DNA of 42,172 nt from Candidatus Woesearchaeota archaeon. Its GTDB lineage: Archaea > Nanobdellota > Nanobdellia > Woesearchaeales > WJIZ01. The position numbers and the translations under genes were made by a program. Location of the stretch: the NCBI GenBank assembly GCA_018221205.1, contig JAAOYF010000015.1, forward strand, positions 1-42,172, given 5' to 3'. A model generated the notes under the pieces. It made no database searches, was not told where the DNA came from, and saw only the letters and a list, made by a program, of their open reading frames with translations. Below, piece by piece: positions 1-9,167 of this stretch. The stretch's first letter is position 1. Each line of letters opens with the position of its first letter.

Positions 1-156
1 GCAGCTACCAAGATCGTAGCTGAGATGGACAAGGTTAAAGCAGCAACCAGCGATGCTCTGTTGGTTACCACCTCAACAGGAACCGTTACGACCTACACTG
101 CAGCCGAGGAAGAGGCTATGGAAGAGGAAGTAGTGGAAGAAGAGGCTGAAGAGTAA
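1..156 (+). CDS. 3' end of a gene entering the window, with an acidic C-terminal tail; possibly an S-layer-type protein
   Basis: Frame 1 is open and reads AATKIVAEMDKVKAATSDALLVTTSTGTVTTYTAAEEEAMEEEVVEEEAEE*, with TAA at 154-156 followed by a T-tract. The product is a guess. Confidence 0.55.
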   Translation, partial: AATKIVAEMDKVKAATSDALLVTTSTGTVTTYTAAEEEAMEEEVVEEEAEE

Positions 157-160
157 ACCC

Positions 161-189
161 TATTTATTTTTTCTTTTTTTTATCTTTTT
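161..189 (+). terminator. Oligo-T archaeal terminator-like tract
   Basis: TATTTATTTTTTCTTTTTTTTATCTTTTT lies directly after the stop codon, between convergent genes. Confidence 0.55.
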
Positions 190-1383
190 CTAAACAATTT
201 TAGCATAGAAGACATTGTAGGCATCTTTGGTTATCTCTACTCTGATTGTTCTTCTTCTCTCGAATGGACAGCTCAAAAGGAGCACCCTATTCTTTGCCAC
301 TGCATAGCTTTCATAAGGATAGCGTCCTCTTGAGATGATCTCTGCAGTGATGATATCACCCTTCTTGAAGGGCTTGGAAAGCTGTCTTGTCTTTCCGATC
401 TTCTTGTCCTGGATAAGGACGATATTGCACTTTTTCTCAATCTCTTTTATCTTTTCGTAGAAAAAATCAAAGGACCTCTCTTTTACAGGGTTTCTGCCGC
501 GCTTATTGATCATAAAATTCTGGATGCCTATTTCAAAACCTTGCTTTTTTGCGTATCTGACAATGTCTTCGATGTCTTCATCATTGACACCAAACATCCA
601 TACTGGAGTCAGGATAACATCGATCCTGCCCTTGATCTTCTCAACTATCTGAAGAATTCTCTTGATGTTATAAGCAGGAGTATGCATGATCTCTTTGCTG
701 ATATCTGATCTTAACGAGTGGAGGGAGACATTGAAAGAGGTCAAGCCGGCATCGATGAGGCCTGCTGCCAGTTTTTCAGTCAGGAGGATGCCATTAGTGA
801 TGATGGATATCTCTTTCACATAGGGTAATCTTGATAGGTCATGCACCAATTCAACGATTTCCGCATATAATAATGGCTCGCCCTGTGGATTGATGTAGAG
901 ATGCATCGGATGTTTCTTGAATTCGAGCAATCTCCTTGTCTCTTCGACGAGATAATCCTTCTCGACAACGACGTCAAACGTCTTTTTTGAGTCAAATCCT
1001 TCATCGACAGAGCAGAAGATGCAAGAGGTGTTGCAGCTCGACAATGGCTTGATCTCAAGAAGATCAGAGCCTTTGTCGACAATGCCGAAGCTTAATGATC
1101 CTATGAGGGGAATTCCAGAGTTCTTGTGGATGTAGAGAGTGGGATTTTTTGTAATGTTGTTTGTGAGATTTTGAAAGCCCCTATTCAGCAGCTTTGAGAA
1201 CGATTTCTCTGCCCTTTTTTGGGTTATTTTCTGGAATTCTATGGTATTGCCCTTTATCTCAAAGGGGGCTATCTTTCGCAGCTCTTCTTTCTCTATCGTG
1301 AAAGAGAATAATCTAAGAAAATTGACCTTTATTGAGTCTTTTTCCTCTCTGAAGGCAAAATCCTGGAAGCTGAGCATCACCAT
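190..1383 (-). CDS. Radical SAM protein with C-terminal TRAM-like domain (COG2100-like)
   Basis: CxxxCxxC motif (CNTSCIFC), GEPLL, TNG and a beta-rich C-terminus. Start trimmed to ATG 1383 because the longer ORF overlaps the GINS gene. Confidence 0.85.
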   Translation of the reverse strand: MVMLSFQDFAFREEKDSIKVNFLRLFSFTIEKEELRKIAPFEIKGNTIEFQKITQKRAEKSFSKLLNRGFQNLTNNITKNPTLYIHKNSGIPLIGSLSFGIVDKGSDLLEIKPLSSCNTSCIFCSVDEGFDSKKTFDVVVEKDYLVEETRRLLEFKKHPMHLYINPQGEPLLYAEIVELVHDLSRLPYVKEISIITNGILLTEKLAAGLIDAGLTSFNVSLHSLRSDISKEIMHTPAYNIKRILQIVEKIKGRIDVILTPVWMFGVNDEDIEDIVRYAKKQGFEIGIQNFMINKRGRNPVKERSFDFFYEKIKEIEKKCNIVLIQDKKIGKTRQLSKPFKKGDIITAEIISRGRYPYESYAVAKNRVLLLSCPFERRRTIRVEITKDAYNVFYAKIV

Positions 1384-1452
1384 GTGCTTAGAATCCGGAC
1401 GTGGATTAAAAATATTGCTAAAATTTAAATAAAAATCCCCATTCTTTAGTGT

Positions 1453-2016
1453 ATGGAAATGGTCATGAGCTATGAAACCCTTTTTGAGCTGCTGAGGACA
1501 GAGAGAAGCAGGACTGAATTGCAGCAGCTTCCTGCGAGCTATGCTGAGGATCTGCAGAAACTTCTCAAGCAGGAGCAGCAGCATGAGAAGAATATCCTTA
1601 AAATTACCCATGAGATCTATGAGCGGAGAGAGAAGAAGATCATCACCATGGCCATAGATAAGAGCAAGACAAAATCGGCGTTGATAGATTTCACGAAATT
1701 CCTCGATTATGAAAGAGAACTGTTCGATCTTGTCCTGAAGCTTCTTGACAGGCACCGAGATATGCATACACTTTCTCTGGAAGCCGGGAAAAAGGATGAG
1801 CCGAAAGAAGAGTTTCAGACAGCAGATAGTGTAGAGAAGCCAAAGATTGAGAATAACCTCAAGACAGTCAGGTTCTTAAGCCCGTTACCAAAGTTTGTCG
1901 GGCCAGAATTAGAACAGTATGGACCGTTTGATGAAGAGGATGTCGCGAGCCTGCCTTCAAAGATCGTTCAGGTCCTCGTCGATAAAAAAAGAGCGGAAGA
2001 GATTCAACCTATGTAG
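1453..2016 (+). CDS. DNA replication GINS complex subunit (Gins15/Gins51-type)
   Basis: N-terminal 'YETLFELLRTER..ELQQLP..Y', 'IYERREKKII..A', and C-terminal B-domain 'PKFVGPELEQYGPF.EEDVASLP'. Confidence 0.85.
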   Translation: MEMVMSYETLFELLRTERSRTELQQLPASYAEDLQKLLKQEQQHEKNILKITHEIYERREKKIITMAIDKSKTKSALIDFTKFLDYERELFDLVLKLLDRHRDMHTLSLEAGKKDEPKEEFQTADSVEKPKIENNLKTVRFLSPLPKFVGPELEQYGPFDEEDVASLPSKIVQVLVDKKRAEEIQPM

Positions 2017-2765
2017 TTGACTTCACCAGGCCCTTTTTTCTGAGAGCTGACTTTTGTCAATTCATCTGTCCTTCGCAATACTTCTTCTTCCATATCCTTG
2101 ATTTCAGAATCAAGCCTGTCTAGTTTTACATTGAAATTGAAGCGTTTATTGAAAAACTTGAGGATCTCTTTTGCTCCGGCAACTCCTAGATACATCGGAT
2201 GGCCATAGGTCTCAGCTAGCAGGGCCACGGCATTTGTGCCTTTATCAGCCAGGCCAAGCAGCAATCCAGATACTCCTACAATGGGACCGACTACGCCATA
2301 GAGCTTATGCTGGAGGCTCTTGTCCTTATAGAGCTTCATCGCTTTCTTTGAATTTGCTGTGCAGTATAATTTTGGCTTTTTAGGAATCTCTACCAATCCA
2401 ATGCCTCCTAACGCGATAAGGTCTTTGCAATGATGCTGCCTGCAGATCTTTATAATCTCTTCAGTAAATTCATAACAGCTTACCTCTTCAGAAGGTTGGA
2501 CATCTCCGCTGAGAAAGAGGAATTCCTGATTCTTGACCTTTTTCATATAGATCTCGATCTTTGGCAATTCCACCAGATTGTCTTCGTTGATGAACACAGA
2601 ATGCGGCAGGCTGTGGCTGTGCAGCTCGTACATCTTCTCTGCTTCAAGCTCGTCGATAAGAAAGTCTACCGCTACCTTGCCCACGTTGCCTATTCCAGGG
2701 AGACCCTCTATCAGAATAGGGGCCTTAAGTTTTATGCTCTTCAGCTGCTTTATCTTCCAACTCAT
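2004..2765 (-). CDS. PAC2 family proteasome assembly chaperone
   Basis: 'ILIEGLPGIGNVGKVA', 'GDVQP' and 'GPIVGVSGLLLG'. Sits in the conserved L44e-S27e-eIF2a-Nop10-PAC2 order. Confidence 0.9.
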   Translation of the reverse strand: MSWKIKQLKSIKLKAPILIEGLPGIGNVGKVAVDFLIDELEAEKMYELHSHSLPHSVFINEDNLVELPKIEIYMKKVKNQEFLFLSGDVQPSEEVSCYEFTEEIIKICRQHHCKDLIALGGIGLVEIPKKPKLYCTANSKKAMKLYKDKSLQHKLYGVVGPIVGVSGLLLGLADKGTNAVALLAETYGHPMYLGVAGAKEILKFFNKRFNFNVKLDRLDSEIKDMEEEVLRRTDELTKVSSQKKGPGEVNYIG

Positions 2766-2904
2766 GATACATCCGCCTATATTTTGCGTATTTATCTTCA
2801 GGAGAGTATTTTGGGGGACGAGCAATCTTTGTCTGCTTCTTGCATTTTGGACATTGCTCTTTCATCGTATAGGTGAGGCATATGCATTTCCTGATATGCT
2901 TCAT
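2725..2904 (-). CDS. nop10: H/ACA RNP protein Nop10 (missing from the ORF track, 59 aa)
   Basis: Manual translation gives MKHIRKCICLTYTMKEQCPKCKKQTKIARPPKYSPEDKYAKYRRMYHELEDKAAEEHKT*, with a Zn ribbon and the PPKYSPEDKY motif. ATGA overlap with the eIF2-alpha stop. Confidence 0.92.
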   Translation of the reverse strand: MKHIRKCICLTYTMKEQCPKCKKQTKIARPPKYSPEDKYAKYRRMYHELEDKAAEEHKT

Positions 2905-3677
2905 TCTGCTCTCTCAAAAGTCCCTTCTCCTAGATCCTTCTCTGTAAAAGCAAGCACTTTTTTCATCGATTTCTCGAGTATCTTCTCTGCATCCTTATAG
3001 TTCTTCGAGGTGACGGAGACAGTATAGCTGCCCCCACCAGCGTATCTGATGGTGATCTTATCGTCTACAGATTCGCCATCTATCAATGCTTTCTTGATGA
3101 TTTCCATGCCGTTGGGCCGGTAGCTCTGCAGATGAAAGGTGCCGCCGATGATGACGTCCTCTTCCTTAAAGCGTACTTTGATGATATCGACCAACTGGTC
3201 TGCGGTCTTTTTTGGAATGCCTAATCTCTCAAGCAAGTCAGTATCTTTGACGACATCTTTGAAGCATGAGGTAAGATCAGCATATTTATCGAATATCTTC
3301 CCAGTGAGCTCCTTGTAGAGCTTGATAGGATCAAGTTTATTCTGTTTTGCAATCTGTTCGATGATCTTCTCGGCTTTTTGTTCCTGCTTGATCTCATTGA
3401 CCTTCTTCCTTTTTTGATTATCATTCACTCTTCTCAGAGAGAGGTCGATATGGCCTGCATTCTTGTCTACCCTCAGCACTTTGCAGACTACTTTCTTTCC
3501 TTCCACGACATAATCACGGATGTTCCTGATTCGACCTGGAGAAATCTCGGAGATATGGATCAGGCCGGACTTTCCATATTCATCAAGCTTCGCGAAGACA
3601 GAATGATAATGGATGTTCGTGATGGTACATAGGACTAAAATATCTTCTTCTGGGAAGCCTTCTTTTTGCAGCAGCAT
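2901..3677 (-). CDS. eif2a: Translation initiation factor 2 subunit alpha
   Basis: S1 domain 'GLIHISEISPGRIRNIRDYVVEGKKVVCKVLRVD...HIDLSLRRV', plus operon context. Confidence 0.95.
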   Translation of the reverse strand: MLLQKEGFPEEDILVLCTITNIHYHSVFAKLDEYGKSGLIHISEISPGRIRNIRDYVVEGKKVVCKVLRVDKNAGHIDLSLRRVNDNQKRKKVNEIKQEQKAEKIIEQIAKQNKLDPIKLYKELTGKIFDKYADLTSCFKDVVKDTDLLERLGIPKKTADQLVDIIKVRFKEEDVIIGGTFHLQSYRPNGMEIIKKALIDGESVDDKITIRYAGGGSYTVSVTSKNYKDAEKILEKSMKKVLAFTEKDLGEGTFERAE

Positions 3678-3854
3678 TTATTGCAGTACCTCAAGAATCC
3701 TTGATTTGATCTTTGACTTTCCGCCTGTCGGCTCGGCCAATACCTTGTCACAAACAAGACACTTAATGGATGTTGACGCTTTACCAAATATGGTCTGCTC
3801 ATTCTTGCATTTAGGACATCTTACTTTAATGAATTTGCTGTCTGGTTCTTGCAT
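3678..3854 (-). CDS. rps27e: 30S ribosomal protein S27e (missing from the ORF track, 58 aa)
   Basis: MQEPDSKFIKVRCPKCKNEQTIFGKASTSIKCLVCDKVLAEPTGGKSKIKSRILEVLQ*, with a GGTGA RBS upstream. Confidence 0.95.
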   Translation of the reverse strand: MQEPDSKFIKVRCPKCKNEQTIFGKASTSIKCLVCDKVLAEPTGGKSKIKSRILEVLQ

Positions 3855-3911
3855 ATTATCACCTTATTATAGTTTTTAGGAATAAAACTTGCTTTATAAG
3901 GCTTTCGAGAA

Positions 3912-4220
3912 TTATGTGAACTCTACCCTTTTTGCCCGGATGCCTTTTCTTTGGACAGATATCTTCTTGCAGACCTTGCATTCATATCTCAAATCAGTCT
4001 TTTTCGAGAGTTTCTTTCCTGTAAGCTTGAACTTCGTAACAGCAGGTTTGGAATATCTGCCTAGGTTGCCCATTCCTCGAGCTTTTCCCCTTCGCTTGGC
4101 CCTGATCTTTGAGCCATACGTCAGGCTAGAGGCCTGTTTTCGCTTATTCTGAGAGACTTTATGCTCAGTATGCTTCTTGCATTTCGCACAGAATCTCTTC
4201 ATCACTTTGGGCTTTTTCAT
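3912..4220 (-). CDS. rpl44e: 50S ribosomal protein L44e (eL42)
   Basis: 'MKKPKVMKRFCAKCKKHTEHKV...KKTDLRYECKVCKK', start at ATG 4220. Confidence 0.95.
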   Translation of the reverse strand: MKKPKVMKRFCAKCKKHTEHKVSQNKRKQASSLTYGSKIRAKRRGKARGMGNLGRYSKPAVTKFKLTGKKLSKKTDLRYECKVCKKISVQRKGIRAKRVEFT

Positions 4221-4313
4221 GGTTCTGAGGATTATGAGGCCATATAAAAAGCTTGCGGCTACCAATAATTATATAAATGTCTTTTATTCATTTTTAGTAT
4301 CGAGGGGGTTGCC

Positions 4314-5567
4314 ATGAAAATACTCAATGTCAAAGCGCGAGAAGTTCTTGATTCACGGGGAAATCCAACAGTAGAAGTCGATCTGCAGACAGACCATGGC
4401 ACTTTTAGAGCGATGACGCCTTCTGGAGCGAGTGCTGGACAGCATGAAGCCTTAGAGTTAAGAGATAAAGAGGAAAGATATAGTGGAAAAGGCACACTGA
4501 AGGCTGTTAAAAATGTCAATTCAATCATCTCTCCAAAGGTTGTGGGTATGGATTGTACCCAACAGAAGGATATTGATACTGTTATGCTTGATCTAGATGG
4601 AACAGAGAACAAAGATAAGCTTGGAGCGAACGCTATCCTGCCAGTCTCGATGGCTGTTACTAAGGCAGGAGCTGCCGCCACCGGAATGCCTCTTTATGCC
4701 TATATCGGGAAGCTCTATGGAGTCACTCCAAACACTATCCCTACGCCGATGTGCAATGTGATCAATGGAGGAAAGCATGCAGGTCAGGAAAACTCTGTCC
4801 AGGAGCATATGCTCGTGCCTACTTCTGCGAAGAATTTCACTGAAGCCATCCGTCGAGTATCTGAGAGTTATCATGCATTGCGGAAGTTGTTGAAAGCAAA
4901 GTATGGATCTATGGCTACACTCATCGGAGATGAAGGAGGGTTTGCACCGACTAAATTGGATAATATCGAGGATAGATTTGAATTGATGATGAAAGCATGC
5001 AATGATGAGATGAAGATTGCTTTGGATCCTGCAGCTTCTGAGTTTTTTCATGATGGGAAGTATAAGATTGGTTCGAAATCCTATTCTGGCGGAGAGCTTG
5101 TCGATTTCTGGAAAGAATTGACAGAGAAATGGCCCATTGTCTCAATTGAAGACGGCCATGCTGAGGATGACTGGGACAGCTGGACTGAGATGGTAAGCAA
5201 ACTTGGCAATAAGATCCAGATTGTAGGAGATGACCTGTTTGTGACCAATACTAAAAGAATTGCCAAAGGCATTGAATTGAAAGCTTCAAATTCTGTCTTG
5301 ATCAAATTGAACCAGATAGGTACTGTTACCGAGACATTAGATGCGATGAAGATGACGCATGATAAAGGATGGACTACTGTCGTGAGCCATCGTTCTGGGG
5401 AGACCGAGGATAGTTTTATCGCTGATCTTGTTGTCGGAACAAATGCTGGCCAGATCAAGACAGGAGCACCAGCACGTTCGGATAGAAATGCGAAATATAA
5501 TCAACTGATCAGGATCGAGGAAGAACTCGGCAGCAAAGCCAACTATCAAGGCGGGAATTTCCGATAG
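4314..5567 (+). CDS. eno: Enolase
   Basis: 'AREVLDSRGNPTVEVD', 'GDEGGFAP', 'IQIVGDDLFVTN' and 'VSHRSGETED'. Confidence 0.98.
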   Translation: MKILNVKAREVLDSRGNPTVEVDLQTDHGTFRAMTPSGASAGQHEALELRDKEERYSGKGTLKAVKNVNSIISPKVVGMDCTQQKDIDTVMLDLDGTENKDKLGANAILPVSMAVTKAGAAATGMPLYAYIGKLYGVTPNTIPTPMCNVINGGKHAGQENSVQEHMLVPTSAKNFTEAIRRVSESYHALRKLLKAKYGSMATLIGDEGGFAPTKLDNIEDRFELMMKACNDEMKIALDPAASEFFHDGKYKIGSKSYSGGELVDFWKELTEKWPIVSIEDGHAEDDWDSWTEMVSKLGNKIQIVGDDLFVTNTKRIAKGIELKASNSVLIKLNQIGTVTETLDAMKMTHDKGWTTVVSHRSGETEDSFIADLVVGTNAGQIKTGAPARSDRNAKYNQLIRIEEELGSKANYQGGNFR

Positions 5568-5598
5568 ACTTTAATATCTACCTCTACCTTTTTCTTTT

Positions 5599-6543
5599 AT
5601 GAACTTTCAGAATCTCCATCCAGTAGAGGATTATCAATTCTATATTGATCTAGCTTTTCGGAGAGCCCGTGAAGGAGGAAAAAGACTTCGGGCAAAAAAG
5701 CTGAAAGGCGGCAGACTGGAGAAATCAACACATATCGAACTGATGAAGATGCAGATCATCGCAGATACCATCACTGCTCGAATGGATAGCATCGGCAAGA
5801 ACTTTCCGAGTATCAATCAATTGCCTGTTTTCTATCAAGATATGCTTAAATTGACCCTTGATGACGGCCAGCTGAGGAAATCTCTTGGAGCAATCAATTG
5901 GCTCAGGATACAGAGCAGAAAGCTTTTCCTTGACTATAAATGGAAATTAGTGAGGAATAAACAATTTTCCCGCGTCAATATCATCCGGGGGGAATTTCTT
6001 GGCAGGATCTCTTCTCTGGTCAAACAAGTGAAGAAGGATTTCCTCTTTCTTGAAGCAGCCAGGAAGACCATGAAGGGGTATCCAGATATCAAAGAGATGC
6101 CTACTGTGGCGATAGCAGGCTTTCCTAATGTGGGCAAGACAACTCTCCTGTATAAGCTGACCGGCTCGAAAGGAGAGATCAATTCTTATCCTTTTACGAC
6201 AAAAGGAGTGAATGTGGCCTATATCGGCAAGAAGATACAGCTTTTGGACACTCCCGGAACATTGAACAGGCTGGATAAGATGAATTTCATCGAAAAAATT
6301 GCCCATCTTGCCATCAAGCATTCTCATGCTGTTGTCTATGTCTTTGATCCTACTGAAGAATATCCGTTGAAAAGACAGATCCAATTGTATAAGCTCACCA
6401 AGACCTATAAGAAACCCTTACTCTGCTATCTCAGCAAGATTGATATCGCAGAAGAAGAGATTGTCGGCGAGATCATCAAGAAATTCAACCCTATTACCAA
6501 TTATCATGAGCTCAAAGAGAAAATAAAGGAGATTATTTCTTAG
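5599..6543 (+). CDS. NOG1-family GTP-binding protein
   Basis: Helical N-terminal domain, G1 GFPNVGKT, 'YPFTTKG', DTPG and SKID. Confidence 0.9.
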   Translation: MNFQNLHPVEDYQFYIDLAFRRAREGGKRLRAKKLKGGRLEKSTHIELMKMQIIADTITARMDSIGKNFPSINQLPVFYQDMLKLTLDDGQLRKSLGAINWLRIQSRKLFLDYKWKLVRNKQFSRVNIIRGEFLGRISSLVKQVKKDFLFLEAARKTMKGYPDIKEMPTVAIAGFPNVGKTTLLYKLTGSKGEINSYPFTTKGVNVAYIGKKIQLLDTPGTLNRLDKMNFIEKIAHLAIKHSHAVVYVFDPTEEYPLKRQIQLYKLTKTYKKPLLCYLSKIDIAEEEIVGEIIKKFNPITNYHELKEKIKEIIS

Positions 6544-7333
6544 GCTTGCAGAACCAAATAGGGAAAGTTTCATCTATCTTCGGATTGACACAGTCTTTTA
6601 AGATATGCTTTTCTTTGATATCGAAATACTTGCTCACTTTCTCGTCGACATCTTTCTCATAGCCGAAAGACCATTCTTTATCCATAGGATCCCAGAATTC
6701 CCAGATGTCATTGAGGAATTGAGTTATTCTTTTGTTTGAATGGATATATTTCCCTTCTTCGACTTTATGCTTTTCCATCCACTCTTTGATTTTTTTCATT
6801 TCAACCTTATCTTTTTTGTCCCAGGCATCACTTAGTAGGTGACAGATGAGTTCCCAGAACACAGTCTCTTGCATCGGCACATGTGCATAATAATCAAGCA
6901 CTTGATCGAAATCAAGAAACTGCCAGTCATTTGGAATAACTTCCATCTTAGAAATCCATAATCCATCCTTCTTTAGGATACGGACAAGATTTTCCAGAAA
7001 AAGAGGATGATTGATTGCCATTACATTCTCTAAGGCGATATCTGATAGCACTACGTCCACACTGTTCTCTAGAAGGGAAATTTCTATCCAATCCTGGATA
7101 ATAGTCTCTTCTTTGGGATTTTTCTTTTTTAGGATTGAATTCATCGCTTCGTTGAATTCTTTGTTGATATCAATCACAGTCACTTTACAATCATATTCTG
7201 CAGCCAGATCCCTTAATTCTGGCGTAGATCCAAGAATGACGATATGAGAAGGCTTAATCTTTTCAATACCTTTACGGTATAATTCGATCGCTTGCTTAGA
7301 TGGACGAGGAGGGGGCGATAGAATTTCTCCCAT
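6533..7333 (-). CDS. Class I SAM-dependent methyltransferase; the true start may be 7374 across a 1-nt frameshift
   Basis: 'IVILGSTPELRD', 'VTVIDIN', 'VDVVLSD' and 'ILKKDG' match methyltransferase motifs. Confidence 0.75.
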   Translation of the reverse strand: MGEILSPPPRPSKQAIELYRKGIEKIKPSHIVILGSTPELRDLAAEYDCKVTVIDINKEFNEAMNSILKKKNPKEETIIQDWIEISLLENSVDVVLSDIALENVMAINHPLFLENLVRILKKDGLWISKMEVIPNDWQFLDFDQVLDYYAHVPMQETVFWELICHLLSDAWDKKDKVEMKKIKEWMEKHKVEEGKYIHSNKRITQFLNDIWEFWDPMDKEWSFGYEKDVDEKVSKYFDIKEKHILKDCVNPKIDETFPIWFCKPKK

Positions 7334-7402
7334 TTATCTGCTAATCTTTTCCATGGTCCAGAATGTTTGTCCATATGGGAGAAAAAAGCAGATAAGTATA
7401 AA

Positions 7403-8455
7403 TTATTTTTCTAAATGCACTGTGTGGGTGGGGAAAGGGATGCCTATCTTGTTCTTGTTCAATGCATTGTAGATCTCTGTTGTTATCTTGTCCTTCATGT
7501 CAAGCCTTTCTGAGACATCATCCAACCAAAAACGTAGTGAGAAATTCAGAGAAAAATCAGCCATCTGGGTGAAGAGCACATAGGGAGCAGGATTCTTGAG
7601 GATCTTCTTTTCTTTTTTCACTACTGCCAATACGGTCTTCTTCACGTTAGCGATATCTGAACCATATTCTACTCCGAATTCGATGACTGCCCTGATGCGT
7701 TTATTCGGCAAGTTCCAGTTAGTCAGTTTCGAGTCGGCGAGCTTTCCATTCGGAATGGTCATGAGCTCGTTGTTCCAGGTCCTGATCCTTGTTGAGCGCA
7801 ATGTCACTTTAGTTACAGTTCCAGAGGTGCCATCATCCAATTCGATATTGTCTCCGATCCTCACTGCTTTGTCGAGGATAAGGGAGATGCCTCCGAAGAT
7901 ATTTCCCAGGGTGCTCTGCAGCGCAAAGGCAACGGCAATGCCTGCTACTCCCAATGAGGCTAACAGCGGCCCTACCTGGATGCCCCATATTCCTAAGATG
8001 TAGATAATCGCGAGCAGATAGATGACAACCTTGACAAAACGATGGAACATCACCAAGATATCATCATCAAGGCTTGATTTTGTCTTCGAGACAAGCTTCT
8101 TGCCCCATTGGTCTATGATGACATTGAGGATGACGACGAGGATACGGGCGATGACAATAACAATCAGAGAAGTGATGATCTGCTGGATTGCCCCTGTGAA
8201 TGCCTCTGGGTATTGCAATGCCTCTGTCCCTAATCTGGCGCCAAACAATAATACGAGAACCGCGAGCGGTTTTTTCGTTCCTTGCACAATGAGATTATCC
8301 ACTTCTGTCTTGGTCTTTTTTGTCAGTTTAAGAATTATCCCTTCTAATATGAAGACCAGGACCTGCATCACAAGATAAGAAGCGATAAATATAGCCAAGG
8401 CTCGAAGATAGTGCACATTCCATATGACAGAAACGAATTCAGGTAGTTGTATCAT
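7403..8455 (-). CDS. mscS: Small-conductance mechanosensitive channel (MscS family)
   Basis: 'LLASLGVAGIAVAFALQSTLGNIFGG', 'RSTRIRTWNNELMTIPN' and 'IGIPFPT'. Confidence 0.95.
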   Translation of the reverse strand: MIQLPEFVSVIWNVHYLRALAIFIASYLVMQVLVFILEGIILKLTKKTKTEVDNLIVQGTKKPLAVLVLLFGARLGTEALQYPEAFTGAIQQIITSLIVIVIARILVVILNVIIDQWGKKLVSKTKSSLDDDILVMFHRFVKVVIYLLAIIYILGIWGIQVGPLLASLGVAGIAVAFALQSTLGNIFGGISLILDKAVRIGDNIELDDGTSGTVTKVTLRSTRIRTWNNELMTIPNGKLADSKLTNWNLPNKRIRAVIEFGVEYGSDIANVKKTVLAVVKKEKKILKNPAPYVLFTQMADFSLNFSLRFWLDDVSERLDMKDKITTEIYNALNKNKIGIPFPTHTVHLEK

Positions 8456-8811
8456 TTCTCTTTATACCAGCGATCCAATGTAGCAGAGGTCCATCCCTTG
8501 CTTATTAAAGTTTTCTTAATTTCCGGCCATTTCTGACCGCGGGAAAGACCTGTATGGATATACTGCTTCACTTTCTGCTTGGCATCTGCAGAATTCTTCT
8601 TTCCTGATATCTTGTCAAGGATCTTGATATCTTTATCTAGTTCAGCCACATCCTGCTGCTCTTCGCTCAGCGCACCCTTCAAGGCACGCAGCTCCCGAAG
8701 GATATAGATGATGGCGAAGATAAGTATCACTAAACCGATAATCAACAAGAGAGATATCATGAAGATAATCTCAAAAATAGGGATGTCCAGACCGCCAAAG
8801 ACGATTGTCAT
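8452..8811 (-). CDS. Small single-TM protein, paralog of 8808-9167
   Basis: One TM segment, a coiled coil and a C-terminal 'YI...L..G....I...L...GW' helical motif. ATGA overlaps on both sides. Confidence 0.8.
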   Translation of the reverse strand: MTIVFGGLDIPIFEIIFMISLLLIIGLVILIFAIIYILRELRALKGALSEEQQDVAELDKDIKILDKISGKKNSADAKQKVKQYIHTGLSRGQKWPEIKKTLISKGWTSATLDRWYKEK

Positions 8812-9167
8812 TTTCTACCTCCTAAAGCCTGGGAAATTGCCTTTTCGTCCCAACCTGCTCCCAGCAATGTCTTCCTGATCTGTGCGCTAGAATATCCACG
8901 AGATCTGCATGCTTTCACATAGCCTGTGAGCTCATTATCTTTCTTCTTCACAGCGCCTTTCTCGAGCTTGGCGATATCAGCATCAAATTCTTTGATATCT
9001 ACCCCTTCTCTCCTTATGAGCCCTCTCAAGGCCTGCACTTCCTTAAGGATATAGTATACTCCAAGAATAATAATCGTCAGCCCTATGATCAATAGCACAG
9101 AAACTATGAAGATTATCTCGAATACAGGAATATCAAAACCTCCAAAAACATATACCACTTCTATCAC
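8808..9167 (-). CDS. Small single-TM protein, paralog of 8452-8811
   Basis: Shares 'VFGGxDIPxFEIIF..S.LLIIGL' and the C-terminal GW motif. GTG start overlaps the upstream stop. Confidence 0.8.
   Translation of the reverse strand: MIEVVYVFGGFDIPVFEIIFIVSVLLIIGLTIIILGVYYILKEVQALRGLIRREGVDIKEFDADIAKLEKGAVKKKDNELTGYVKACRSRGYSSAQIRKTLLGAGWDEKAISQALGGRK

Noticed and set aside
1384..1767. N-terminal extension of the radical SAM ORF to 525 aa
   Set aside because: It is antisense to the GINS gene and crosses the divergent promoter region. ATG 1383 is more plausible.
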